DNA from: Fervidobacterium sp.
GTDB lineage: Bacteria; Thermotogota; Thermotogae; Thermotogales; Fervidobacteriaceae
Assembly (NCBI GenBank): GCA_049970055.1
Contig: JBMFNR010000003.1
Coordinates: 1-64,000 of the forward strand
DNA length: 64,000 bases
Direction: 5' to 3'
Positions 51,826 through 61,993 of the stretch are shown in pieces; within the stretch, counting starts at the first letter, position 1; the number at the start of each line of letters is the position of its first letter. A program made the translations under genes and the position numbers. The notes beneath the pieces were generated by a model that did no database searches, was not told where the DNA came from, and saw only the letters and a list, made by a program, of their open reading frames with translations.

Positions 51826-52621
51826 ATACATTCCTCCACAACGTCAAGAATTCTTCTTCCGTCAAGTCTTCCGGTCTTGCAAATTGTGTTATATTTCCAA
51901 GTATCTCAGGTATTAGCTCTTTAGAAATTCCCATTGCTTTAAGGTTATTTACGATGGTTTTTCTTTTCTGAGAGAATGCATTTGAAACGAAGATCCAGTA
52001 GCTTTCAAGTTCTTTCATATCTGTAAATGGAAAGTTGTCCTTTTTTTTGATTCTTAGTACAACGCTGTCAACGTCTGGATTGGGAACAAACGCACTCTTC
52101 GGAACTAAAAGTAGCTTTTCAACATGTGAAACTGTTTGAAGTACGACAGTTAAAAACCCCCTGTTTGAACTGCCAGGTCTTTCAAGTAGTCGTTCGCCTA
52201 CTTCCTTTTGCATCATTATTATAAGGCTATGGAAGCTTGTAAATAATAGTTTTTTCAGTATTGGAGCCGTTATGTAATACGGGATGTTTGACACGCATTT
52301 GTAGTTACTTGGAAGAAAAGACAAATCAAGTTCAAGAAAATCAGAAAAAATTATATGGACATTGTTAAAGCCTTCGGTCCGTTCTTTTAAAATAGGTTCC
52401 ATGCGTTTGTCGATTTCTATAGCAAAAACAATTGCACCGGTCTGTGCCAGCGCAATTGTTAAGGTCCCTGCTCCTGCACCTATTTCAAGAATTGTGTCAT
52501 CTTTTGATATTCCGGATAATTTGACTATTTTTTCTGCGTATATCTCATTTGATAGAAAATTTTGACCCAAAGATTTTTTCAACGGCAAACCATATTTTCT
52601 CAGGTAATCCGATGTTTTCAG
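51803..52621 (-). CDS. rsmA: 16S rRNA adenine dimethyltransferase
   Basis: KKSLGQNFL, LEIGAGAG, SNIPYYIT, MMQKEV; start proposed at CTG 52621 (first canonical start is TTG 52588). Confidence 0.95.
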   Translation of the reverse strand: MKTSDYLRKYGLPLKKSLGQNFLSNEIYAEKIVKLSGISKDDTILEIGAGAGTLTIALAQTGAIVFAIEIDKRMEPILKERTEGFNNVHIIFSDFLELDLSFLPSNYKCVSNIPYYITAPILKKLLFTSFHSLIIMMQKEVGERLLERPGSSNRGFLTVVLQTVSHVEKLLLVPKSAFVPNPDVDSVVLRIKKKDNFPFTDMKELESYWIFVSNAFSQKRKTIVNNLKAMGISKELIPEILGNITQFARPEDLTEEEFLTLWRNVYEKSFHI

Positions 52622-53272
52622 TTACTTTTTCACCCTCTCAACAACAATTCCATTTGAGTATTCCATTTTGACAATTCCAAATTTGTCTGCTGTGATAAGT
52701 ATCTGCGTATTTTCGTAAGTAAACGAGTACCTACCATCCACAAGCCTTTTCAGTTGTGCTATTCCTGTTGCTTTTTCAGTTTTAGAAGGATCAAATAACG
52801 CTTGTGGAATTATTATATTCATAACAGGTTTGGGGGTTCTCAACATCATTTCAAAGTGTGGAATGATAAAGTTGTTATCCAAAATCACAAGATCGGGTGT
52901 GTTAAAGTTAAACGTTTTAACTGAAGGAGACTTGGGATCATAGTACAGATAAAGTGTAACTGAAGTTCTTCCGGATTTATTTGTACCAAGGATTTTTGCT
53001 ACTATTTCGTCGTTTGTTTTAAAAGTTGCTTCATAAATTTGGAACATTCCACTTCTGGTGTATACAGTTCTTGTTTCAACTGTGTATTTTTCGCCATATT
53101 CTATCTCACTGACACTAATCCAACCATTTTTTGACTGTTCCACTTTGATTGTCCCAAGTTTCATGTTATCAACTTTAACAACATATTCAGCAGCCATTAG
53201 TTGAGCAGATAATATTAATACCAATAAAAATAATAGCGTATAGCCTACTTTCTTTATTTCCATCCTAACCAC
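52622..53272 (-). CDS. Exported beta-rich hypothetical protein
   Basis: Signal peptide, 216-aa ORF co-oriented in operon, GGAGG RBS. Confidence 0.75.
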   Translation of the reverse strand: MVRMEIKKVGYTLLFLLVLILSAQLMAAEYVVKVDNMKLGTIKVEQSKNGWISVSEIEYGEKYTVETRTVYTRSGMFQIYEATFKTNDEIVAKILGTNKSGRTSVTLYLYYDPKSPSVKTFNFNTPDLVILDNNFIIPHFEMMLRTPKPVMNIIIPQALFDPSKTEKATGIAQLKRLVDGRYSFTYENTQILITADKFGIVKMEYSNGIVVERVKK

Positions 53273-53319
53273 CTCCAGTGGTATGATACCACTGAATCCT
53301 TAAAATTTCATTAGAATTC

Positions 53320-54615
53320 TCAAAAATCTAAAATCTTTGTTATTTCTCCATAAAGAGGTCCTGCTGAGATCCTATTGACCTTAACAATGACGCTCTTTCC
53401 AATCAATTCATTGGAAGCTTCAAAAGATATTATTTTATTTCTTATATCCCTTCCATAAAACAATCGATTTTTGGCTTGAGCCTCAACTATAACTTCGACT
53501 TCCCTACCAATGTAATCTTTGTTCAATTCTTTGTTTATCATCTTTTGTAAGTTTAGCAAGTAAGACATCCTCCTAACTTTCGTTTGGTGTGGTACGTCAT
53601 CTTTAAGGTATTTCCAAGCGACTGTACCTTCGCGAGGCGAGTAAATTGCGAGATTTAACCTTTCAAATTTGATGGTTTTCACAAGTTCTATTGTATCTTC
53701 AAAATCCTGATCTGTCTCACCGGGGAATCCAACTATTATATCGCTTGATATGGAAGCATCTGGTACTAATTTCCTGATTTCTTTAATTAATTCGATATAC
53801 TCTTGACGTGTGTACTTTCTATTCATTGCTTTTAAAACTTTGTCACTTCCGTGTTGAACTGGAAGATGTATAGAACGCGCAACTTTATCTGTTTTTAACA
53901 TTACTTTTGGAATTTCCAAAGAAAAATCGGTAGGATAGGATGTTAAAAACCATAATCTTTTAACACCTTCTATTTGAGAAGCTTCGTCCAGTAGTTTGGC
54001 AAGCGTTGTACCGTCGTTGAGATCTTTACCGTAAGCATCAACATTTTGACCAAGAAACGTAAATTCTTTGTATCCATTTTGTACAAGAGTTTCGACTTCT
54101 TTCAGCACACTTCTCATGGGGCGTGATTTTTCTCTGCCACGTGTGTATGGAACGATACAGTATGTACAAAATCTATCGCAACCATATATTATCGTTACCC
54201 AAGCATGGTGTTTCGAAAAGCGGGTATCAACTTTTTCATATTCTATTTCTTCTAACATATCATCTATATAAATTTGCTTATTACCATCCTTTAAATTCTT
54301 TATTGCTTCAGGAACCTTTGCAAGTGCACGCGTTCCGATAACAAAAGAAACTCCCCTTTTAAAGAGATTTTCTTTTTCCTTTTCGGCAACACATCCCATT
54401 ATACCTATTTTCTTGTTCTTTTTTCTTAGCTTTCCGATGTGGCTGTATACCTTTTCTTCAGATTTTTTTCTCACCGCACATGTATTTAAAATAACAACAT
54501 CCGCATCGTCTTCACTTTCTGTTAATTCAAAACTCTCATCTTTCAGAAGTTGTTTAACAATCTCCGTATCGTTCTCGTTCATTTGGCAGCCGTATGTAAA
54601 TATGTGAACTTTCAT
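53320..54615 (-). CDS. miaB: tRNA methylthiotransferase MiaB
   Basis: [30 protein letters not shown]-terminal TRAM. Confidence 0.96.
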   Translation of the reverse strand: MKVHIFTYGCQMNENDTEIVKQLLKDESFELTESEDDADVVILNTCAVRKKSEEKVYSHIGKLRKKNKKIGIMGCVAEKEKENLFKRGVSFVIGTRALAKVPEAIKNLKDGNKQIYIDDMLEEIEYEKVDTRFSKHHAWVTIIYGCDRFCTYCIVPYTRGREKSRPMRSVLKEVETLVQNGYKEFTFLGQNVDAYGKDLNDGTTLAKLLDEASQIEGVKRLWFLTSYPTDFSLEIPKVMLKTDKVARSIHLPVQHGSDKVLKAMNRKYTRQEYIELIKEIRKLVPDASISSDIIVGFPGETDQDFEDTIELVKTIKFERLNLAIYSPREGTVAWKYLKDDVPHQTKVRRMSYLLNLQKMINKELNKDYIGREVEVIVEAQAKNRLFYGRDIRNKIISFEASNELIGKSVIVKVNRISAGPLYGEITKILDF

Positions 54616-54657
54616 CTATGTCCTCCTTCGTTTATCCTTAATCGATCCTAGAAAATT

Positions 54658-55263
54658 TTAAACCAAGTTTTGCACAAATTCAACTACTACTTCTATGGCT
54701 TTTTCATTATACCCACCTTTCGGTATTATTATGTCAGCGTGTTTTTTGGTTGGTTCAACATAGGCATCATGCATTGGTTTAACGGTATTCAGGTACTGGT
54801 TAATCACAGATTCTATAGTCCTACCACGTTCAAAAATATCCCGTTGAAATCTTCTTATGAATCTTTCGTCGCCTTCAGCATCAACAAAGATTTTTAAATC
54901 CGCTAATGCGCGAATTTCTTCATAATAAAGAGCGAAAATGCCCTCTATTAAAAGGATAGGTTTTGGGTCAACTTTTGTGAATTGTTGCGTTCTTGTGTAT
55001 TGAGCAAAATCATACTCTGGTAATTCGATGGAATTACCCGATAATAGTTCTTTTACATGCCTGACTATGAGTGTGTGTTCTATCATGTCTGGATGGTCGT
55101 AGTTGTATTTTTTCCTTTCTTCCAAAGGTACATGTGACATATCTTTGTAGTAATTATCCATCGGTAGCATAACACACTTATTATTGCCTAGTCTTTCCAT
55201 TATTTTCTTCGCTACAGTGGTCTTCCCAGATCCTGTGCCACCACCGATCAGTATAATGTACAT
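54658..55263 (-). CDS. udk: Uridine kinase
   Basis: GGTGSGKTT, DNYYKD, NYDHP, RDIFERGR, VKPMH. Confidence 0.95.
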   Translation of the reverse strand: MYIILIGGGTGSGKTTVAKKIMERLGNNKCVMLPMDNYYKDMSHVPLEERKKYNYDHPDMIEHTLIVRHVKELLSGNSIELPEYDFAQYTRTQQFTKVDPKPILLIEGIFALYYEEIRALADLKIFVDAEGDERFIRRFQRDIFERGRTIESVINQYLNTVKPMHDAYVEPTKKHADIIIPKGGYNEKAIEVVVEFVQNLV

Positions 55264-55277
55264 AAATTTCACCTCAA

Positions 55278-56381
55278 CTACTTAGAAAATTTTTTCCTTA
55301 CGAAAGCTACTGCGGCTTCAAGAGAGGCCCCGCGCTCAACAGCATCAGCAACGTTGCCGTAAACGATGCGTACATCGAAATTTTTCGAAAGTTCATTTAT
55401 TCGCCTTTCAATACTTTTTGAGAGCCACTCCGATGCACCTTCTCCGTAAAGAGTTATCTCGTTTATGTTTAATATTATGCTTATGTTGCCAATAACAAAT
55501 GCAAGGTTATCTATGACATCTCTATAAATTTCCATCGCGCGTTTCTCATCATACTTGTACAAATTTCTGATGGTTTTTAAAGTGTTCCAGTATTTCTCTT
55601 CATTCTCTATAAATTCGATAAAACTTATACGATCATTCAAATAATTACTTACCGCAACGTAATCAGATGCTACTGTTTCAAGGCAACCTTTTGCACCACA
55701 ATAACATAGTTCTTGACTTTTGAAATAGATATGACCAAGGGGAATATTTTTGAACTCATCGCGTGTAAATAAAGCATGATATTCGTAATAACATGCTCCT
55801 ATACCTGTCCCATAATTGATAACAAGGACTCTTTCTTTATTTGATTTCTTTGATTCATACGCAGCGATGGCTTCGACATCGGAAAGAATAACAAAAGGAA
55901 CACCCAAACTTTTTAACTTTAATGCTTTTGTTGGGTCGTACTTATTAAGTTTAAGAATATGCGAGTAAACCTTGTCATCTTTTACACTGCCAGAGAAAGC
56001 TATTCCTATGCTATCATAGTCGTAAAATTTGCCAGTTGTTTTCCTCAGCAAGTTTGTAATACCTTCAGGCGACAAATCTTGGTGCTTAACACGCTGTTCT
56101 GAGCGTTCTATCTCTTCTCCTTTGGCATTGTACAATACTGCACGTACTTTTTCTCGGCCAACACTGATGGCAAGAACTTTCCAAGCATTCTTTGAAAGTG
56201 CAATAAAGTGAGGGGGCTTACCGAGGTTGGTATTCCCCTCTTCTATTTCTACGTACCCTTTTAGTTTATCCAGTAGATAAGTCATAGTGGAAGGTGTTAT
56301 ACCTATAAGATCTTCAAGTTCTTTTCTTTTTATGATTTTATTTCGAAGCACTTGAAGTAAAATCTTTGCCTCATTCTTCAA
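55278..56381 (-). CDS. ROK-family transcriptional regulator
   Basis: N-terminal HTH, GTGIG, GH...CYCGAKGCLET. Confidence 0.9.
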   Translation of the reverse strand: MKNEAKILLQVLRNKIIKRKELEDLIGITPSTMTYLLDKLKGYVEIEEGNTNLGKPPHFIALSKNAWKVLAISVGREKVRAVLYNAKGEEIERSEQRVKHQDLSPEGITNLLRKTTGKFYDYDSIGIAFSGSVKDDKVYSHILKLNKYDPTKALKLKSLGVPFVILSDVEAIAAYESKKSNKERVLVINYGTGIGACYYEYHALFTRDEFKNIPLGHIYFKSQELCYCGAKGCLETVASDYVAVSNYLNDRISFIEFIENEEKYWNTLKTIRNLYKYDEKRAMEIYRDVIDNLAFVIGNISIILNINEITLYGEGASEWLSKSIERRINELSKNFDVRIVYGNVADAVERGASLEAAVAFVRKKFSK

Positions 56382-56396
56382 TGGTATTCCCCCAAA

Positions 56397-57617
56397 CTAT
56401 TCATTAACCACGTCCTTAATTACTTCGAGATATCGTTTCACGTGGGCCGTAGATAGGTATGTGGTTCTTACCTTCTCTTTTGCTTTTGCACCCATTTCTT
56501 CGAGTAATTTCTTATTTTCAAGTAATTGAATTATCGAATAGGCAAGTTCATCCACATTATTTCTGAGAAAACCATTCACGCCATCGTCTATTTGTATTTT
56601 AACACCACCAACAGGCCTTGCAACTACGGGATGTTCTTTCCACATCATTTCACTAATAACAAGTCCAAAACCTTCTCTAACAGCAGTGTGTAGGCCAACT
56701 GTTGATAATCTTTGTATTCCATTTACTTCAAGGTGTCCAACACCTTTCAGATCTGTAAGGAAGAGTATATCTTTATCCGTGCCAGCGTATCGTAAAACAT
56801 CCTCAAAGAAGATCCAACCTTCTGGATCATCTTTTGCCATTGCTGAAACAATAGCGAGCTGTACGTCGTATTTTTCTCTAACTTTCCGATAAACATCGAT
56901 TGCTGAGAAAAGATCTTTCCAAGGGTCGAATCTTGCGACAACTGTTAAAAGAGGTTTGGACAAATCAATTCTATATTCTTTTACAATCTTTTCAAGCTCT
57001 TCTTTCGTCATTTCCCTGTTCTTTGAACTTAGCGGATCGATACTTGGTGGGAATTCAACAGCAATTTTGTCAAAAGGTTCTCTCACGTAATCCATTATGT
57101 GGAACAAAGCTTTTTTGTAAACGGTCATTTTAGAAGTTAATCTATTCCACACCTTCAAATTCGGAGTACTTGTATCTATGTGGCATCTCCAAATATATTT
57201 CGTATTTTGATTTTTGTAAAGAGGAATGTACGCTGGTTGTGGATCATGGATTATCACAATATCAGCGATTAAATTCAATTTCTTTGCGTTTTCTTCATTG
57301 ACTTTTTCGTACAAGTTCCATTCTTCGTCCGTAATTTCAATATCGGCTCCTTGGAGAGCATTATGTAGCTTCTTGGTAACGTTAAAAAATTCCATCGGTG
57401 CCTCGAGTACTTCCCAATAAGCATCGATTCCCGCATCCCTCATGAGTGGTACAATTGTCATTAGCAGCTCAGCCACACCTCCGCCGTAAGCAGTTGCGTT
57501 TACATGCACCACTTTCAATCCCTTAAGCTCTTTTCCAATTTCGAATATCTTTTCAACATCTTCTCTCGCAAATACACTGTAATCACTTAGTTTCTTAGCA
57601 GGTAGTTCTACCGTCAT
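56397..57617 (-). CDS. treT: Trehalose glycosyltransferring synthase TreT (GT4)
   Basis: VHVNATAYGGGVAELL, FFNVTKKLHNALQG, IHDPQP, WRCHID, RFDPWK, REGFGL; ATG after GGGAGG. Confidence 0.92.
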   Translation of the reverse strand: MTVELPAKKLSDYSVFAREDVEKIFEIGKELKGLKVVHVNATAYGGGVAELLMTIVPLMRDAGIDAYWEVLEAPMEFFNVTKKLHNALQGADIEITDEEWNLYEKVNEENAKKLNLIADIVIIHDPQPAYIPLYKNQNTKYIWRCHIDTSTPNLKVWNRLTSKMTVYKKALFHIMDYVREPFDKIAVEFPPSIDPLSSKNREMTKEELEKIVKEYRIDLSKPLLTVVARFDPWKDLFSAIDVYRKVREKYDVQLAIVSAMAKDDPEGWIFFEDVLRYAGTDKDILFLTDLKGVGHLEVNGIQRLSTVGLHTAVREGFGLVISEMMWKEHPVVARPVGGVKIQIDDGVNGFLRNNVDELAYSIIQLLENKKLLEEMGAKAKEKVRTTYLSTAHVKRYLEVIKDVVNE

Positions 57618-57688
57618 CTTAACAACCTCCCTTGACTCAAAATGACTAATCATTTTACTGTGGAACATTTTTATTGTTTCCATTGGTT

Positions 57689-57705
57689 TATTCGAATTTC
57701 GAATA
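57689..57705. promoter_or_regulatory. Candidate ROK operator 1
   Basis: Perfect palindrome TATTCGAA-T-TTCGAATA just downstream of the treT -10 (TACAAT at 57719-57724, minus strand). Confidence 0.6.
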
Positions 57706-57897
57706 TTTGCTATCCATAATTGTATAACATGAGATGGGAAAAATACTATAGCAAAATTAGGTAATTTCTTGTAAAAATCATGCAAATGTTTGATTTAATT
57801 CCAACTTTACTGTGTATATCTATGTATTGTATTATTTTTCTTCTATTAATAGCGTTTTGTAGTTGGGAACTAGTCGTGATATATTTATGTATGGATA

Positions 57898-57914
57898 AAT
57901 TAGATTTTCGAAAA
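57898..57914. promoter_or_regulatory. Candidate ROK operator 2
   Basis: AATTAGATTTTCGAAAA, 13/17 identical to operator 1, upstream of the ABC operon RBS. Confidence 0.5.
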
Positions 57915-57944
57915 TACCCACACTAACTATTGGGAGGTGTTTGT

Positions 57945-59189
57945 ATGAAGAGGTTTATATTCGTTGTTTTGTTGCTAGTTCTTTCGGTGGTATCGTTTTC
58001 GAGAGTAACGATCACTATGACAGCTGGTGCGGTTGGTAAGGAACTTGAAGTGCTTTATGCGCAACTTGACAGGTTCATGAAAGCAAACCCAGACATAAAG
58101 GTTTCAGTCATGCCAATGCCAAACTCATCAACGGAAAGACATGATTTGTATGTTACCTACTTAGCATCTGGTGAGAAGGAACCAACAGTACTCATGCTTG
58201 ATGTCATCTGGCCGGCAGAATTTGCTACATATCTTGAGGATTTAACAGCAGATAAGGATTACTTTGAACTCAATAATTTCCTCCCAGGTACTGTTAAAGC
58301 TGCAACAGTAAATGGAAAAATTGTTGCTGTGCCATGGTTCACGGATGCAGGTATGCTTTATTACAGAAAAGACTTACTAGAAAAATATGGATTCAAGAAC
58401 CCACCACAAACGTGGGATGAACTCGTTAAGATTGCAAAGACGATAACAGCAAAGGAAAAGAACATTGTTGGATTTGTGTGGCAAGGAGCAAGGTACGAAG
58501 GACTAGTATGTGACTTTATGGAGTACCTCGTATCTTTCGGCGGAGATGTACTAGATGACGCGGGAAATGTTGTCATTAACAGCCCAGCAGCTGTTAAAGC
58601 TTTGCAATTTATGGTTGATTTGATTTACAAAGAAAAAGTTTCCCCACAATCAGTTACAACATACATGGAAGAGGAAGCAAGAAGAAAATTCCAAAATGGA
58701 GAGGCAGTTTTCATGAGAAATTGGCCATACGCTTGGGCTCTTCTCAACGATCCAAAAGAATCGAAAGTTGCCGGTAAAGTTGGAGTTGCTCCTCTTCCAG
58801 CAGGTCCATCTGGAAAGTCCGCAGCAACGCTAGGTGGATGGATGCTTGGTATAAATAAGAATGCAACACCTGAAGAAAAAGCGGCAGCTAAGAAACTTGT
58901 GAAGTTCCTTACAAGTTACGATGAACAACTTTACAAAGCGATTAATGCAGGACAAAATCCAACGATGATAAGTGTTTATAAGAATCCAGAACTCAAGAAA
59001 GCTGCACCATTTATGGTTGAACTTTACGGAATGTTTATAAATGCAATACCAAGGCCAAGAACAGCGAAATACAGTGAAATCTCAGATGTGATTCAAAAGT
59101 ATGTTCACGCGGCTTTGACACAACAAACAGCTCCACAAAAAGCAATTGAAGATATGGCAAAGGAACTTAACAAGGTTCTTGGTAAATAA
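57945..59189 (+). CDS. Sugar ABC substrate-binding protein (trehalose/maltose type)
   Basis: Signal peptide, LDVIWPAEF, PWFTDAG, YEGLVC, FMRNWPYAW, LGGW. Confidence 0.9.
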   Translation: MKRFIFVVLLLVLSVVSFSRVTITMTAGAVGKELEVLYAQLDRFMKANPDIKVSVMPMPNSSTERHDLYVTYLASGEKEPTVLMLDVIWPAEFATYLEDLTADKDYFELNNFLPGTVKAATVNGKIVAVPWFTDAGMLYYRKDLLEKYGFKNPPQTWDELVKIAKTITAKEKNIVGFVWQGARYEGLVCDFMEYLVSFGGDVLDDAGNVVINSPAAVKALQFMVDLIYKEKVSPQSVTTYMEEEARRKFQNGEAVFMRNWPYAWALLNDPKESKVAGKVGVAPLPAGPSGKSAATLGGWMLGINKNATPEEKAAAKKLVKFLTSYDEQLYKAINAGQNPTMISVYKNPELKKAAPFMVELYGMFINAIPRPRTAKYSEISDVIQKYVHAALTQQTAPQKAIEDMAKELNKVLGK

Positions 59190-59216
59190 AATCTCCAGCT
59201 CCCAGTATCTTTTTTT

Positions 59217-59243
59217 GCCGGGGACAAAAGTCCCCGGTTTTTG
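59217..59243 (+). terminator. Intra-operon hairpin after the binding-protein gene
   Basis: GCCGGGGAC-AAAA-GTCCCCGGT then TTTT. Confidence 0.7.
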
Positions 59244-59276
59244 TAAGGTGAATGAATTTTTGTAAGACAGTAGGCT

Positions 59277-60179
59277 TTGGAGGTGAAGGCCTTGAAAGTT
59301 AAAACGAAGGAAACAGTGGTAGCCTGGTGGATGGTTTTTCCTGCACTGCTGGTCATATCCGTTATCGCTTTTTTTCCGCTTTTTAAGACTTTTTGTGACA
59401 GTTTCTACGAGTTTGGCTTGAGGCCTGATATAGAAAGGAAATTTGTCGGATTGGGTAATTACATTGAATTACTTAAAGACGAGAGATTTGTCGCTGCTCT
59501 CAAGAATACTATATTTTTTACTGCTGTGTCTGTTGCATTGGAAACCGTTCTGGGATTATTAATTGCTATCATTGTGCATCAACCATTTAAATTGAGAGGT
59601 TTAGTTAGGGCTGCTATGCTGATACCTTGGGCTATTCCAACGGCTATCTCTTCACAAATGTGGAAGTGGATGTTTAATGATCAAGGTGGTATCATAGCGA
59701 GGTGGCTTGAAAACTTGCATATAATCGAACCAAGTGTTCCTATACTTGGCACACCAGATACAGCTATGTGGGCTATAATAGCAGTGGATGTTTGGAAGAC
59801 AACACCATTTATGGCTCTTTTAATACTTGCAGGACTACAGCTCATATCGGAAGAGTTGTATGAGGCTGCAAGGATTGACGGGGCAAATGTATGGCAAAGA
59901 TTCACAAAGATAACCATCCCCATGCTTAGGCAAACTATCGCTGTTGCACTTATATTCAGAACACTTGATGCTTTAAGAGTTTTTGACGTTGTGTTTATCA
60001 TGACTCGTGGAAGTGTAAATACAGAGACTTTGGCAGTTTACAACCGTGTATTGTTAATGGATAGAGCATTCACAGGTGCTTGGTTTGGATATGGTTCCGC
60101 GCTTTCTGTTATAATTTTCATTCTCATTTCTATTTTTGCCGTAATATACATAAAATCTCTTAAACTTCAGCTGGATTAG
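59277..60179 (+). CDS. Sugar ABC permease (MalF-like)
   Basis: FVGLGNY, DVWKTTPF, LYEAARIDGA. Confidence 0.93.
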   Translation: MEVKALKVKTKETVVAWWMVFPALLVISVIAFFPLFKTFCDSFYEFGLRPDIERKFVGLGNYIELLKDERFVAALKNTIFFTAVSVALETVLGLLIAIIVHQPFKLRGLVRAAMLIPWAIPTAISSQMWKWMFNDQGGIIARWLENLHIIEPSVPILGTPDTAMWAIIAVDVWKTTPFMALLILAGLQLISEELYEAARIDGANVWQRFTKITIPMLRQTIAVALIFRTLDALRVFDVVFIMTRGSVNTETLAVYNRVLLMDRAFTGAWFGYGSALSVIIFILISIFAVIYIKSLKLQLD

Positions 60180-60213
60180 GTGTATTTTTATACTAATACG
60201 CGAGGAGAATGGG

Positions 60214-61068
60214 GTGAATGAAATGTCAACTAAAACCAAGAAGATAATATACAATTTAATACTTACTCTATCAGTAATTTTTATACTTTTTTGGTGTATA
60301 TTCCCATTTTACTGGGCGGTAGTTTCTTCGTTCAAACCAAATATAGAGTTGTTCGATTCTAATCCTTCACTTTGGCCAAAATCACCTACATTTTCAAATT
60401 ATGTAAAAGTCTTTCAGGAAAGACCATTTCATGTGAATATTATCAATAGTATTGTTGTCGCTGGAACAACAACGTTAATGACGTTGATATTTGGTTCGTT
60501 CGCAGGATACGCGATAGCTAGACTAAGAATGAAGGGCAAGGGTATTGTCATGGCTTTGATCCTTTCGGTTAGTATGTTTCCACAAATATCGATACTTGGT
60601 TCTTTGTTTGTGATTTTGAGAAAGCTAGGTTTTATAAATACGTATCAAGGGCTTATTCTTCCTTATGTTGCTATAACTCTTCCTTTAACAACATGGATCT
60701 TGCAAAACTTTTTCAGAGATTTACCAAAAGAAATAGAAGAGGCAGCAGCAATAGATGGATGTTCAAGATTGAGAACCTTATTCCAAATAGTCTTTCCAAT
60801 GTCCGCACCTGGACTTGTCGCAACAGGGTTGTTAACTTTCATCAGTGCGTGGAATGAGTTCTTATTTGCCTTTACTTTCATGCAAAAGCCCGATCTTTAC
60901 ACTGTGCCTGTGGCGATAGCAATGTTCGCTGGTAGAAGCCAATATGAACAACCATGGGGGCAATTAATGGCGGCGGCTGTTATAGTAACTGTACCTCTTG
61001 TTGTGCTTGTTTTGATATTCCAAAATAGGATCATCGCTGGGTTGAGTTCTGGCGCTGTAAAAGGATAG
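60214..61068 (+). CDS. Sugar ABC permease (MalG-like)
   Basis: EIEEAAAIDG, AWNEFLFA. Confidence 0.93.
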   Translation: MNEMSTKTKKIIYNLILTLSVIFILFWCIFPFYWAVVSSFKPNIELFDSNPSLWPKSPTFSNYVKVFQERPFHVNIINSIVVAGTTTLMTLIFGSFAGYAIARLRMKGKGIVMALILSVSMFPQISILGSLFVILRKLGFINTYQGLILPYVAITLPLTTWILQNFFRDLPKEIEEAAAIDGCSRLRTLFQIVFPMSAPGLVATGLLTFISAWNEFLFAFTFMQKPDLYTVPVAIAMFAGRSQYEQPWGQLMAAAVIVTVPLVVLVLIFQNRIIAGLSSGAVKG

Positions 61069-61090
61069 TCTACTTTTTGGAGGTTGGAAG

Positions 61091-61993
61091 ATGGTTTTGT
61101 TTGTAGGAGAATTACTAGCAGATATGATTTCGCAAGAGTACTTTGAAAAAAGCGAGCATTTTTATATGAAAGTAGGTGGATCGCCTGGTAATATCGCAAG
61201 CTACCTTGCACAGCTTGGGATACCCGCAAGAGTAATTTCGAGAGTTGGAAACGATATAATTGGTGAACGAATTCTAAGAAAGCTAAGTCAAAATGGTGTA
61301 GACGTACGTTACGTACAACGTGACAATTATTTTGGGACGACACTTGTATTTGTTCAGAAAACTATTGAAAGCCCTGATTTCTTTGTTTTAAGAGGTGCAG
61401 ATAGGTTCTTGGAATTGCCTGATGAAAACTCACTTGATCAAGTTAAGATCTTACATCTCAGTTGTTGGCTACTGACTTTTAAGGATTTGTTTGAAAAGAC
61501 AATACATTTATTAGAAATTGCAAAGCAAAAAGGAATCAAAATTGGTTTCGATCCAAATTGCCGAGATAAGCTATTTGATTGCAAGAAGATACCTCTAGAG
61601 CGATTAGATAGGATCTCAAAGGTTACTTACTGCAAGCCTTCTTTAGATGATGCCATAGCAATTTTCGGGCAGGTAGATTATAAACTTGAAGACATCGCAA
61701 GATACTACATAGATAAGTTCCATGAAAAGGGCGTTGAAAACGTTGCTTTAACTTTAGGAAAGTACGGGGCCTATATATCCGATGGAAAAAGCATCACACA
61801 TATACCAAGTAGTGCGAAAAAGGTTGTGGATGCAACAGGAGCGGGCGACGGGTTCTGGGCAGGTATGTATTACGGAATATTAACGGGGAGAAGCTTCTTA
61901 GAATCTTGTAAGCTTGGAAGCAAAGTTGCTGGACATATACTTGGATTTATTGGTGCTGATGTTCGATTAAGCAAAGAGATTCTGGAGGAATGA
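61091..61993 (+). CDS. PfkB-family sugar kinase, probably fructokinase
   Basis: GGSPGN, FDPNCR, VDATGAGDGF. Confidence 0.9.
   Translation: MVLFVGELLADMISQEYFEKSEHFYMKVGGSPGNIASYLAQLGIPARVISRVGNDIIGERILRKLSQNGVDVRYVQRDNYFGTTLVFVQKTIESPDFFVLRGADRFLELPDENSLDQVKILHLSCWLLTFKDLFEKTIHLLEIAKQKGIKIGFDPNCRDKLFDCKKIPLERLDRISKVTYCKPSLDDAIAIFGQVDYKLEDIARYYIDKFHEKGVENVALTLGKYGAYISDGKSITHIPSSAKKVVDATGAGDGFWAGMYYGILTGRSFLESCKLGSKVAGHILGFIGADVRLSKEILEE

Noticed and set aside
57618..57785. N-terminal extension of TreT in the ORF track
   Set aside because: Covers promoter and operator DNA; the RBS supports ATG 57617
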